From the NCBI GenBank assembly GCA_965153455.1, contig OZ234493.1, forward strand, positions 30,866,213-30,930,212: a stretch of 64,000 nucleotides of DNA. The letters run 5' to 3'. The stretch comes from Sphagnum compactum. Its lineage: Eukaryota. A program made the position numbers and the translations under genes. The notes under the pieces were generated by a model. The model was given only the letters and a program-made list of their open reading frames with translations, was not told the origin of the DNA and did not search any database. Below are positions 14,568-36,638 of the stretch, one piece after another (within the stretch, counting starts at the first letter, position 1; the number at the start of each line of letters is the position of its first letter).

Positions 14568-15095
14568 CAATGGGTGTGTCACACTGTGTGGCCTTGCCAT
14601 TTATATTAAGAAGTATCTTAGGCAAAAGAAGAATTATGGAAACTCAAATATTTATTTCACCATGCAAAAATTATATAATGTTCAAAAAATCCTCTAAAAG
14701 AAACCAAAATCCTTCAAGATATTATAACTCTACAACTGATCTCAAGTTTCAACACAAGCCAAAATATCATCTTTCAAAAATCCTTCTATAAAAATAGACC
14801 TATTATTACCTAGGGGACTATAAAAATCCCTTAAGCTACTATACTCTAACTTGCATCCAAATAAACAAAAATACAAAAGTGAAAAAGAAACACTTTATTT
14901 TTATTATACAAAATAATAATAAAAACAGAAAACACATAAAAATAAAAAATAAAAAAGATAAAAGTTTTTTTTAAAAACACAAACATGAACCAAACATTGT
15001 TGAAATAACACACCTGTGCATTAGGCACGGGGTTCAAACTAGTACTCTATAATGAATCTAAACACAACATCCTTTTTGCCTTGGTAGGCAAGGTG
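14568..15095 (+). repeat. Dispersed non-coding repeat, copy A (homologous to 51375-51795 on the minus strand)
   Basis: Shared blocks gcaaaagaagaattatggaaactcaaat, aaaaaatcctctaaaagaaaccaaaatcctt, atctcaagtttcaacacaagccaaaatat, gctactatactcta, gaatctaaacacaa and ttggtaggcaagg. Confidence 0.85.
14842..15042 (+). mobile_element. Putative non-autonomous mini-Helitron nested in repeat copy A
   Basis: About 200-bp insert absent from copy B. Ends in hairpin CCTGTGC-attag-GCACGGG (15013-15031) followed by CTAG (15039-15042) then T. Confidence 0.6.
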
Positions 15096-17474
15096 GTTCA
15101 ATCTCACAAAGTTTTCAGTGTTCCTCTACACCCCTTGTCCCCTTTCTTTCTTTTATGCTTGTTAGCAAATGAGATTGGGGGAAGGTGGGCGCAGCACAAT
15201 TCTCATTTCTAGAACACAAATATCATACTACCTTTTCGGGATTGGCAGTAATTATATTATTTGTAAACAAAAAATTAAAACTATCTGCTTGAAACAACAA
15301 AAATGAAAGAAATTATTTGTTGATTGATATGAAAATTTTGGGAACTTGACAATTATTTTGTTTAAGTTGTATTTAGGGTTTATCGTTTTTTTTTTTTTTT
15401 TTGGGGTTTTTTTTCACTATTCAATATCTAATAACTAGGTGATTTCTTCGTTGTTTACCTACCCTTAGCAAAAGCTCCAATTGTGGTACTATGACTCACT
15501 TAAGTTGTTGGACAAAGTGAAGAAGTCCGTGCTACTTGTAACGACAAACTATGACAAGGACCAAAAAAATTGTGCAATACTTTTGTTTTTAATATGAGAT
15601 CTTTTGGTGGACATTAACTGTAATGACTTAGTCATCATAGTCAAATAATATTATTATGACATAATTATATCAAGCCAAAATTTCCAAAAAAATTATCAAC
15701 AATTTATTATAAAATAATTATTCAACACCTGAGTGCCAAACCAAATAAGCTACTACAATATTGTGGCCTAGTATGAAAATGCAAAGTGATGTTATATTCA
15801 AATAACTTCTTGTTACTTAGAACCATGATTTTCACAAGATAAAACAATTGGCCAAAAATCCCACTCCAAAGAGAACTTGGTAATGGTTTAAAGGATGATG
15901 GTAGTTCCTAAAAGGAGCTAGTTAGATCAAACTTTCACTCCATATGAAGTTAGAATACAAAACAAAAAGTAAATGATCAATATGTATGAGCATTTCTCAA
16001 CCATGGTTGAAAATAATATAACAATGATACAACAATTTCAAAAAAACTACTATTTTCTACTTAAAATTGCTCAAATTGGAGGTCTTATAAATGAGTTATA
16101 CGTTACATAACATTTGAACTTTGAGTCACATTAGAATCTAACTTAATTAGATGTATCAAAAAAAATGCAACGTCACCCTTGTTTTTAAGATTGACTTCAA
16201 AGAAGGGCTTCTTTTTTTTTTTTTTGGGGTTAAAAACTTGTGTCAAAATCTTCTTAATCTTTTTTTTTATTACTATTCATCAGATTATTTTTAATGGTTG
16301 TCAATACATCTTCACCTTGATGTTTTATGTTTTCCATGTCATTTCTATTATTTCCATTGTCCTCGAATTTGGAAACCTCTTTAAATGTCTGAATGTTTTT
16401 TTAACCTCATTAAAAAAATCATCTCCTCCCATGTTAAAATCATTTTGCTTTTGGTTCTTTAAAGGCTTATTCATATCAAATTCATTGTAGTTGGCAATGC
16501 ACCATTTTTGTAAACACATGCAAGTTGTCATCAAGTTCGGCATGTGACACAATGGAATATCTTTTTTTTTATATAATCTTCGAAGCCTTATGAAATCATG
16601 TTTTCTATCTTGACAATACATTTTTTCACCTTTGAAAAGAGAATAAAAATTGTGACACACTTCAATAAACATTTTCTATCAATGTGTAAGATAAGAATTT
16701 GTTTTTCATTCATCGATTCCTCTAGATCCATTTTTTTAGGTAAAAGTCCAATCATGCATAATATATGCTTACTCATAGGTAGAATCCCGAAAAACTACAT
16801 TTTGCATCCAAAACTCTATAAATCAATGTGAAGTAATAAACTTTTGTGAGAGCAAAATAGTTTTGAGTCTATCTTAAGTGTAATAATTGAAATATGATTA
16901 CCACATACATCACATAGATTGTAAGGAATTTCATGTAAAATTTCAAAAGTAATGATGATTTTCTCAATCAATTTAGGACCGACAAATGGTTTCTAGTGTT
17001 TTCTAATTGTTCCACAAACTTCTTTCACTGTAATTGATGCCATACCTTCTAGAATCCCATATAGACCTCTCTCGACATATGTAATGAATTTCTGCTACTC
17101 CATCTTGCAAGTGCCATAACTACTCTAGCTTCAAACAAAACTAAACCCATTGTATCCCAAGAGAAAACATTTTTATACCATGAAGAAGGGTGCCACTCAA
17201 GAATTCAAATGGCTTCAAATTGGTCCTTAAGGATTCTGGAACATGGACCCTGTGGCCCAAATACTCTATTCACAACGTCAGATTCATTGGACTTATGTAA
17301 CATTGCTTTCTTTGCATTTCTCAAGCAGTAGAAGTCCAGACATTCCATATACATAATGTCAGAGCAAAATGAGTCCAGGTAAAACACAAGAGCATCATCA
17401 TTTTCCACTTGATACACTGAAGTGAGCTGAGAGATTGGGATGGAGAGTCTTGGGAGTAAAAAACAGATTTTGCA

Positions 17475-19651
17475 TCAATGTTCCAAGTGGAAGACATATT
17501 CAGTCAAATTCTGCAGCTGGCTGGAGTCTGTCTTCTTGGTGGCAGCTGCAACCATGGGCATCACTGTGAGCATCTTTGTTGCAGGATCCAGGACCCATCC
17601 ATGCTGCTGGCTTGTAACTGCATTCACACAACCACCTGTCAAGACCTCACTTCTACCACATGCAATTTACTCACACTATTTGAGTCAAACAAAAAAGATA
17701 AAACTGACTATGAAGATGCATGAATGTCTTCAAGAGAAAAAATGAGGTCTGCAAATTACAGTGATGGAGACCTAACAAAGAAGCAGCTCAACTAAATCAA
17801 GATGTAGATGATATATACTGCAAGAGAGAAATCCAAAACTTAAACAGGAAGCATACCCATATCTATTTTGAGCTCAACATGCTAACATTCAACATGCACG
17901 CTTGAATTAGGTGGAGGAGTACTGTATTTTACAACCTACTAACAAAGAGCACGTTGACCTCAATTGTAGACCAATATGAGCACAAGGAGGGAATGAAAGC
18001 TTACAAGTCACCACATCATTTTCACTTAAGCCAAGAAAGGCAGCAGCATCAACAACACTGACAGTAGAGTAGGCAGTTGATAGCAGTTTCAGCATGCCAT
18101 GTGAGTAATCCTCTGAAAAGTGCAACAGCCACCCATCATAGGCATCAATTGGATTGTCAACTTGTGTGCTTTCTATAGAAACCAGTTAAGTCACTCTAGC
18201 AACTCATCAGCCTCTCTACCTTCTGACCATGAAGCCTGTACAGAGACTGCTGATGGTCTGAAAGGAGTGCAGGCTTTGGCAGTAAGGCTTCTCAATAATG
18301 TCAGATATCACCAGGCTCCAGTTGCTAGTACAATGGTAGGCTTCTTCAACTCTCAAATTTCATCCATTTCATGGCTAGATTGCCACATGGTGATAGTCTT
18401 AAATAGGTTAAATCTCTTGTAGTGACCACAATGAGCTACTGTAAGAGACAGGAGACTCACCACCTACTGCAGCAACAACCTGCTGAACATCAGATGCCCA
18501 ACCGTATGCACGAAGTGCTGCATAAACCCCAGCATGATCGTGCATCCACATGCACTGCACTATCTTCCAGGCTGCCACCAGTTCTGGATTGCTCTGCTTC
18601 ACTGCATCAGGAGTTCTCTTCCAAACAAATCTCGCACTATTTCTATCATAGAAAACAAAACCAGAGTAATTGCAATTGTCAAAACCAACTCACATTTCAA
18701 GCATGCTCTACAATCTCCAGATTGCACCCATCTCTTCCAAATGATGACTATGTTGTTGATTAGGAAATAAAGGTTTTAGTCACATTTTCTCTGTATGGTG
18801 AGAGCTCTTTGAGGTTGCTGTTACTTGTTACAGTCCTTGCATTTCTTTTGAAGGGATTACACCAGCTCTATCTTGTCAAATCTCATGTGTATCCTTCAAC
18901 TGTTGGGATAGTATATATAGGGAAGAGTCAAAGAAACCCACTCACAAGTCATGGTTGAAAACATGAGCAAGAATTTGGATAGCATATGGCCAGTCCTGAG
19001 GCTTTGAAGCTCCTGCAGCCGCTGTCTGCAACCCATTTTAAACCCTAATTCCATCATCCTCACCTGGCAGATTCTATATAGTGAAGCAACATGTGAACAG
19101 TGCAATAGAGAAACCAGCAATAATGCAGAGCAAATTGAATCCTAGTAACCAATTCGCAAAACCCGGCAATCCCTCGGAATCCAAGCAGCGACTCCTACAA
19201 AACTGGAGATTGAAGAGCAGTTCCAACGCAGACGCTAGGGCATCATGGACGTTCTTACTGCTCTGTGCCCCTATACTGCGACAACTTGGGTTCCCCTGCC
19301 TTTCAACCCCAGCCTCATCATGTGCAGATTGAGAACCGAAACGCAAACTCGCAGAAGGCGGTCCGAAAGGAAGACAAACTCATGACTACCTATGGATGCA
19401 AACGCTGAAGTATCAGCCTCTCAGAGTTAGAGACTAGATAATCCACAGCAGCGAGAAAATCCAGCAAGAAAAGCTCCCCCGTGACACAGAGAAGAGAGAG
19501 AGAGAGAAGAGAGCGTCTCGCAAACCTCGAGTTCCAGCGTGTCAATAATATTGGCAAGATCCGCATACAGCCCTGCTTTGATAGCCTCTTGCACCGCAGA
19601 AAAGCTGAGTCCAGAAGGTCCCGCAACAGAACCGTTCACTGGGATCGCCAT
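17475..19651 (-). CDS. CSN8: COP9 signalosome subunit 8, 212 aa; exons 19651-19526, 19025-18946, 18642-18461, 18112-18005, 17617-17475
   Basis: DWPYAIQILAHVFNHDLNSARFVWKRTP, ELVAAWKIVQCMWMHDHAGVY, LLSTAYSTVSVVDAAAFLGLSE, HGWVLDP and C-terminal DSSQLQNLTEYVFHLEH* match plant CSN8/COP9. Exon phases sum to an intact frame. Confidence 0.96.
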
Positions 19652-19969
19652 GTCAACCTTCTTATGATCCTCGTCCTCCTTGACCGCGTTAGATGTACAT
19701 GGAGGAGCAACACACTACTCGTCAACGCCATGTGAGCTCCAAGCCCTAATTTGTTTTGGTTTACACAACACACAGCCCCTCTCTCCCACGCTAGAAACCG
19801 TTCGGCGATACGGAGACGATGACCTTGGTCCGTCGGATCTCCAAATCGACGGCCGCTGTCTCACCATACGGATACACTACTTGATGAATGAACTATCTGG
19901 TAAAACTAGACTTTCATAGTGTTACCCAAAACCCGGCTGGAGTGAACCAGCAGCCACCAATGCACCAGT

Positions 19970-20830
19970 TGAGGATGAGGCCATTCAAGCCGTTTTGGGG
20001 ATGAACCAAAAACCCATCCTCTTCCCCTGCCCAGGGATTTTTCAGCTCCCTTCTTTACTCCAAAATTTTCCCTTCCTACCTACCTCCCCCCCTCATGCCT
20101 ATCGCCCCCCCCCCCCTCCTACCTCCCTCACCTCATTTCCGGCTCACTCCATCTTGAGAGCTCAGTAGAGCTCCCAAGCTTCAACTGCACAACGCAAGGC
20201 TTAAGGAAGGTTGAGAGCTCAACGTTGCAAGATTGTGCAAAGCTCAACATTCAAGGAAGGTGGAGAGGAGAAGGCAAAAGGAACGCTTCATCCCAAATGC
20301 AGAAGCCAGAGAAGAACAAGGTAAGCTCCCTCCCTTCTTTGCATTTTTTTTTTCTCTGTGTTTTTTTTTCTTTTTTTCTGCCTGAAAAAAAAAGATGCCA
20401 TCGTTTTCTTCTTTCACAGTTTTGTTTCCTACCTATCTCTCCCCCTCCTACCTCTTTCCTACCTACCTCCCCCTCTTGTCTTTTTATGTGCTATTGTTGC
20501 AACGAAAAAGGCGACGACATCAAGCTGTCGTCACATTCTTCTCTAATGGTGTTGCAGTGAAGAAAAAGACAACGACAATGGGCCATCGTCTTCTTCTTGG
20601 AGGTGGTGTTGGAAAGAAGAAGAAGACGACGGTAACTACCGTTGCCTTCTTTTGTGACGGGTCTTGCAGAGATGAAGAAAGCAATGACAGCTTTCATCGC
20701 CTTCTTCTTTGGGGGGTGTTGAAAAGAAGAAATAAGCGACGGCAACTGCCGTCGCCTTCTTCTGTGCCTAGTAATATCACTAAAGAGACATAGCAAATAC
20801 TTAAATTCAATAATATCCCCATTCAAGCTG
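19970..20830. repeat. Non-coding repeat, probably a non-autonomous TE, with CCTACCT runs and GAAGAAGACGACGG...CCGTCGCCTTCTT mini-hairpin arrays
   Basis: Low-complexity cctacctacctcccc tracts, repeated aagaagacgac/gtcgccttctt inverted units at 20500-20765, and direct repeat ccattcaagc at 19981 and 20819. Confidence 0.55.
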
Positions 20831-22146
20831 CCACGAGCTTATGAGGGTAGGATTTGTTCCATTTCAGCATGCTGAAATGGAACAAAGCCTTCAGGCTTCC
20901 AGGCTTTAAGCCGAAGGCAGAAAGGCTTCCACAGAAGGGACTGATTAAAGCCTCCTGCACTGTGAACATTTCTGTTGAGCACACTACTAGTGGCTTAACA
21001 CTACTGGTGTATTCCACTATACGACACACATTCCATTCTGCCTCTCCCTACAAAAATGAGAGAGGAAGGGAACTCAATTAACAGTAATGACCCACAGCCA
21101 CCCATAATCAAGAACAGATATAGGGAGACAATATCCCTCATAAGAATTGAGAAATATCCATTATCATGACTCAGAAAAATCAGAGCAAAGTTAACACTCC
21201 ATTACGTCACAAAAATTTCCAGAGAAGGATCGACAAAACTGAGAACAAAGGACCATGACACAAAAACCAAACAAGGACAAGAAACCAAAATAAACACAAT
21301 GCAGATATTTGGAGACAAATATAAGTGCTAACCTACAATCACATTTCCCATTTGTACTCCACAGTTTCTTCATTGTCCCAATCTAAGCATATACATAGAT
21401 GACCTGTTGTACCATTAGTCAGGCACTGTAAAACCTGTCCCAATGTCAGCAGATTACAAGGTTGTAACTGGGTCACCAGCAGAATGCACAAAAGCATCAC
21501 CTTCAAAAACCTGCCATTCCTTGCTGCATGTCAGCTCGAATAACCATATTCTGGAATAAGGCATCAACCATAAGCACATAGGAATAAAATCATGCTTACT
21601 CTATAAATGCTCTTTTTAGAGACTTCAAGTCCCAAAGAATTAGTATACACAGCTGTTTGAAGTTCCAACTTTCTGCAAGGCCCAAACTTCCAGAGATTTT
21701 GCCACTTTCTACATTCGCAATGTGAGAACTGAGAACAACCGCACAGCTTTATTGTTCCAAAAACCCCTAGATATATCTGTTGCAACCGAGATGATGCTGC
21801 ACTACTGGAATGAGAGTGCTCATCATGGTTGTAAATTTCAAGAGTGGATCTCCACAGCTCCTTCCCCATGATCTTGACCTGTTTTGTCAACCTTCAATCT
21901 AGAAAACAGCTAAACTCTGTTGACTGCTAGCTGGCCGAGCAAATACTAATAGAATACATGTGTTCTAACAACTCAACAGTATCATCTTCATTATCTGATG
22001 GTATGTGAGAATGCATCTCCCTTCGGGACTAGCTAACTATAAGTATTTGAAGCAAGAGAAACACAGAATCCAGGGAGTGGGAGTAGAGGTGCACAAAAGT
22101 GGTTAGCCACCCACCCACCACCCACCCACTGTTGGTTGCAAATGTG

Positions 22147-31053
<8,907 letters not shown>

Positions 31054-32824
31054 GGCCCCACCTTCCATCTGCTGTTGACCTCTGCCCAACAACACTTCTG
31101 TTCCTGCTGGGCAATCCTACCATGCGTTATAGCTCAGTCATAAATCAGCACTACAGGCTTCTGGTGACCATAAACCAGTGACAATCAATCAAATGAAGCC
31201 TCCTTGTTCCACCTGAGTACCAATCCAAAGCTCTTCATTAGGTCACCTGTACTGATCAGTCCCTTGCAAAGATACTCTCCCAAGTCATCATCCTGAGGAT
31301 AAATGTAGTGGATAATTGTCACATGGGTATCACAACCAGATCCGGAACTCCATGACCCAGTCCTCCAATGAAGAGGATATCACTGCCCTCTTTGCAACCA
31401 CATGCTCCAAGAAGTCAATGTAAGGTTCACCTGTTAGTCCCTACTTAAGTTGCATTTCCGTTGTCAGTTCTAGAAACAATCATCAAAATTCATGCCACAG
31501 CAAAACCCTTTAAAGTACAAGAACAGAAGCTCTGTTCTTTGCTCCAACTCTTGAAGAATCAGTACAAAAGCAGCTGAAGGCAAACATCTACTTGACCAGA
31601 TCTCCACATCCTTTGTGATGATTCACCTGGCATTGATTCCCAATCGCTTCCAACAACAGCCATCAAAAGTGGTAGAGGGAAACATTAGTGTGGCTTCCTG
31701 GCCCCACACTTGTTGCTGATACCTTATACTCAGAGTCCACACTGTTGCATGCCCAAACCTAGGGCCTTTCACCGAACCAGTTCCTTCTTGAGGCATGCCC
31801 ACATGAACCCACCTGAAATACTCAACATGCTACACAGATAAGAACAGATTTGCAGCAATGTTACAAAAGAGCATACACACACACACACATACACCCACAC
31901 ACATCCCCATCCCACTCTTCCCAGGCCACACCTTTTTCCCTTGAATAAACCGTTTTCTCATGAAGACTTCAATTCTTCTTACATGACACAGATTGGGTCA
32001 CTGCCAAGCCATTTCAAGAATTTCTCTAACCAAGCCCAGCAGAGGAGGAGCTCATACAAACACAGTTCACAAATATAAAACCCCGGTTGCACTCGCAACC
32101 AGCAGCACAGCACAACAAATACATGCCAGCCTGAAGACAAGCATGCCTGCATGCACAGGATGATGATCCAGCATCAAAGAAGAAGTACCTAGTACCTACC
32201 ACTTTCCACAAAACAAGACCTAATCATCCAAATCCGCAACTGCATACAATTTCCCTCAAAATCAGTCCTCTCTCAATCAACACATCACAAACCCCAAAAA
32301 TCTCCATAAAACACTGTTCACGAAAACCTTCTTAACAGATCCATCTTCCAGTCAAAAGCTGGTCCCTTGCAGCACCACAGAATCCCAATCCCCACACACA
32401 CATGTACACGCCACTTCCCTAACCACATAGGTACCCCTGAATTCCAGGTCGATGTCAAAAGAGAATCCCGATGGCAGATGAAGAGAGAGAGCTCGAGAAA
32501 ACAAATCAATCAAAATTCAGAAAACGAAAGACGTATTGATCAAAAGCCAGAACAAAAATAGATGCAGAAAAAAATCAGAGACAGAGACAGACAGCAGACA
32601 CAGAGAGACAGACACACGCACACAGACGGGGGTGTTAGGGATCGATCGATCGATCAAGGGAAGAGAATCAGAGCAGTACCTGGAGATGCATGAAGACGAG
32701 GGCGAAGCTGCGATTGCTGCCGCTGCTCTCCGGAAGAATCGAACCGAGGAAGAGAAATCGAGCCGCGCAGATGCGTTGGCGAGGAAAAAAGGGAATTCAG
32801 CGATGGCCCTGCTACATCTGGGGG

Positions 32825-32825
<1 letters not shown>

Positions 32826-32852
<27 letters not shown>
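32826..32852. repeat. (GA)n microsatellite at the PI4K-beta 5' end (CT-rich on the sense strand)
   Basis: Perfect ga dinucleotide run next to a GC-rich promoter and the first non-coding exon (donor CTCCAG|gtactg about 32679). Confidence 0.9.
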
Positions 32853-32857
<5 letters not shown>

Positions 32858-32970
32858 GGAGTGCGCGGGTTTAGGCAGCACGGGAAGGGGCCACCGGTCC
32901 ATCCGGTTACCGCAAACGAAGGGCGCCCGGGGCGAGAAGTAGGCACCTATGTACCTATTCTACCCTATGA

Positions 32971-33473
32971 TAGGTACCCTATTCCTAAATGTTCGAACAG
33001 TTTTCTTTTCTTTTCTTTTTCTTGTGGTTGTGATAATGTAAACATGCCCCCCCCAATTTGATTGGCCTATCACAAAAAAAAGTTGAAACTATGTAGGCTT
33101 ACCAAAATAGAAGATTTTATGAAAAGATGGAGTGCCTCCCCCTTTGGCCCACCTATATAGGTGAGAATGGGAGGACTTTGCGGAAAACATATGGGATTAA
33201 AGCGAGGTGCTATTGGGAACACCCTTGGGGAACACATTGGAACCTAATGGGAACCCATTGGGAATTTGAAAGGAACATGTTGGGAACAAAGGAAAAATGA
33301 AAAAAATCCCCCCACCACCACCCCCGCCCACCCAAAACTTTTTTTCAAAAAATCAAGGCACTTTGAATGCATGTTGAGCCTTCCCATTGGTTGCATGAAA
33401 TTTCTATTTCCAAAATTGTTCGTCTCCATTTTTGGCTTGGGTTAATACCCCCATTATAAAGTAAGGGTACTTA
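32971..33473. mobile_element. MITE-like element with internal GGGAAC repeats
   Basis: Imperfect terminal inverted motif TAGGTACCCT (32971) ... AGGGTACTTA (33473); internal tandem ttgggaac units at 33213-33290; no coding capacity. Confidence 0.55.
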
Positions 33474-33479
33474 GTGGGA

Positions 33480-36400
33480 ACAATTTGAATGCTTGGTTAT
33501 AGGTGTATTTTTAAAGATATTAAGGGAAAAACAAAAGCAATCCTTTCAAAGCCAATGGCTACATTAAGGTTGGGTTGGATTTGGTTTCATAAAGCAATAA
33601 CAAAACCAAAGAGAACGTTTGGTTATGGGAATTGGTTTAGCACATTAAAAAGCATGCAACTGTTTATAAATAAACCTTGAATCTTAACAAAAATACATTG
33701 AAAAAAAATCAACAAAGGACATCAAATCTTTGAGTCCTCCAAAAACTTTCATTTATTAGTCTTCCATAAGACATTCCCCTTTTAGATTCCTCCTATGCAA
33801 AAACATTTTATAAATTCTCTCCAAAGAAAACTTAGTGCAAGTTTAATCTTAAGTTGAAATCAAAACACTCGTTCATGTTTGTAATCTTCTCCTAAATATG
33901 TCATCTCTAAAAGCTAGAGGAAAAAAACCATTCCAACTCTTCTTAGAATTCTTGGGTTCTAATGTTGTCGAGTTGAAAAATACAAAGCCACCAATCCAAG
34001 TAGAGAATGTAAAAGAAGATAGTTCAAGTCTGAAATTATATTTGCAAAAAATAGGTCTCAAGGAGAAATCAAAGCATGTAGAAAAGCAAAAACCACATCC
34101 ACAAATATATTTGCAAAAACTAAATTTCAAGACCAAATTTGAACATGTAGAAAAACAATAACCAAGTCCACAAATAAATCTGTAGAAACCACATCTCAAT
34201 GTGAAAGTAGAGTATGTAAAAGAAGGATCACCATCATAAATAAGGAAAAAAACCATAGAGCAGATCTACAACCAAAGAATCAAATAATATTTGGACTATC
34301 ATTGGATCCATGTTCAATCTATAATCAAAAACGTTGAATCATATAGATTCAAGAGAGCAAGGGATCAACTAAGTTATATTAATCGCTTTTATTAATTTAT
34401 TCCCACAACCTACACATCAATAGAAGATGTCAATTTACTGTGGGAGGACTTTGCAAATTTCTACATTCTCATGTACTCTTTTATTACACAACTTGAACAT
34501 GCATTAACAACTTTTCCAAACTTTCTGCACTTCTTGGATTTTTGGGTTGTCAACAAGAAAAAAAAAGGGGCACCATTGATTGGGCTAGAACACACATCAT
34601 CAAGTTCTTGGAGGTTAGGACTAGGAAGAACATAGCAATCATGAACTTGATTATGCCTTAAAGGTGACAAATCAACATGTTGAACATGTAGGCAACAAAC
34701 AAGGAAAATGTGCCCCCTTAGCTTACATGAGAAAACAAAATATCAACACTTTAGTTGAATCAACCCCTTGCAATATGCAAGAAAATTATGTGGATAGAAA
34801 AAACATTAGAAATAACAATGGATGTTATTGAAAAAAGGACACATTCCTTAAAGAGGGCTAGCGAAATATGGAACATTCTTTTAAATTCAATTTTTGACCA
34901 CTTGAATGGAAAAACTAGATCTAGAAATATGGGGCCAAGAGGTGTGCTCACATATTAAAAAGAGGATGTTAAAATGATTAAGTGGACATTAGCTATGTAA
35001 AAATGTGGACTATCCATTAGCCTACAAAATTTGAAGATGAAAGTTTTGTAGTTGACATAAACAAAGGTTACACCATTTTAGAAAATGGGATACCAAACAA
35101 CTATTGGTGGTATTGGTCCAAGTGTAGACACCCACAATTAAACATTCACCAAACATAAGGTTGGAACGTTACAGAACACAAGGATTAACGACTAATTCTT
35201 GTAAATCCTTTTACACTAACCTGCGATCATTACACAATCATGTTACAGATCTCATGTATGGAATTCAAATGAAACTAAAATTCAAGCTAGCAGACAATGA
35301 GGAGCAAAGGTTCTAGTTAAAATAGGGTCAAATACAATTTATAATACCATCCCTAAGTTTCAAGAATGGTTACCTATAAATTATGTAGTGAATGTTGCAA
35401 GATTTATTCTATTGGGGTTAAATACCTTCCAAGGAGAAAGACTGCAAGATGATTACATCAATTCTCCAAACTAGGGACCTACATGGCAATGCAAAAAAAG
35501 ATTTGGATGATTTTTTCATGTTCAAGGAGTTTCTTTATTTCTTCAAAAAGTTTGTTCTAGGTGGATTATCTTTCATCAATAGGCATTTGTTAGTTATGGA
35601 TGGGCATGGTAGCCATGTTACCTTAAAAGCAATATCACAAGCAAAATAAATAAATTTAGACATGATCACCCTGCTTTCCCACACATCACATGTTTTACAA
35701 CAATTAAATGTATCTTGTTTCAAGCCATTTAAAATAACATTTAGAAAGGTTAAGGATGTAACTATGTTTAAAAGCAATCACATGGAACTAGACAAAATAA
35801 CATCGACCGGATGGGTACATTAGGCCTTGCAGCAGTCACTTACATAGAAACACATCAAGTTTGGATTTAAGGCCATAAGTATATGGCCTTTCAACTCCAA
35901 GGCAATGGCCAACAAGATTCAACCTTCACAAAATATACACTACAACAAGTGTCAATGGTTAAGGAAATGAAGACTTCACAACAAAGGATAAAGTTGAACA
36001 TAATCAAGATTGGGGAAAACAATTGCAATTACAAAATTTATGCATATAAGTGAAATTATTCAACAAACAATTGAAGATTTACCTAATATGTCTAAACATG
36101 AACCATGTAAATATGTTTCATAACCCTACTATGATTGAAGAACAACAAAAATAGTTTCATGTTGCAAACATAAATGATAGCCTTGATGTGCTACAAGATA
36201 GTCTACCTATTCCACTAAATTTAACCTAGGAATCCATGTTTGTGCACAACTTGTTTTCATTACCCTATTTATTTATAAGACAAACAAAGGGAAGATAGCC
36301 ATTAATTAATTATTTTCCATCACATGTTGTGACATCTAATCAATATTTATGTATCATGTGTAGAAAAAGGCCATGGACAAAACAATTCTAAAAGAATTCA

Positions 36401-36630
36401 GCAAAGGAGAACATAATGAAATAAAAGATTTTTTTTGAAAAGAACAACAAATATGGGGTTTATAATAAATTGAGTAGTTCAAATAGTTATTGAGAAATGT
36501 GTTAAAATATAATTTGTTACAACCTGGGCTCTAGCAATTATGAAAGAAATGGGTGATAATTTTCATCAAAAATTTTAGGCAAGCTTACAAGCATATCCAC
36601 ACATGTACATGGGCATGAATCTAGGATCCA
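33480..36630 (+). mobile_element. Degenerate pogo/Fot1-like (Tc1-mariner superfamily) transposase element, copy 1
   Basis: Broken frames encode N-terminal MSSLKARGKKPFQLFLEFLG with 23-aa repeats, psq-type HTH (WIEKTLEITMDVIEKRTHSLKRASEIWNILLNSIFDHLNGKTRS), a CENP-B-like HTH remnant, and DDE_1 motifs RHLLVMDGHGSHVT and SHTSHVLQQLNVSCFKPFK. Many stops and frameshifts. Confidence 0.88.
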
Positions 36631-36638
36631 CAACTTTT

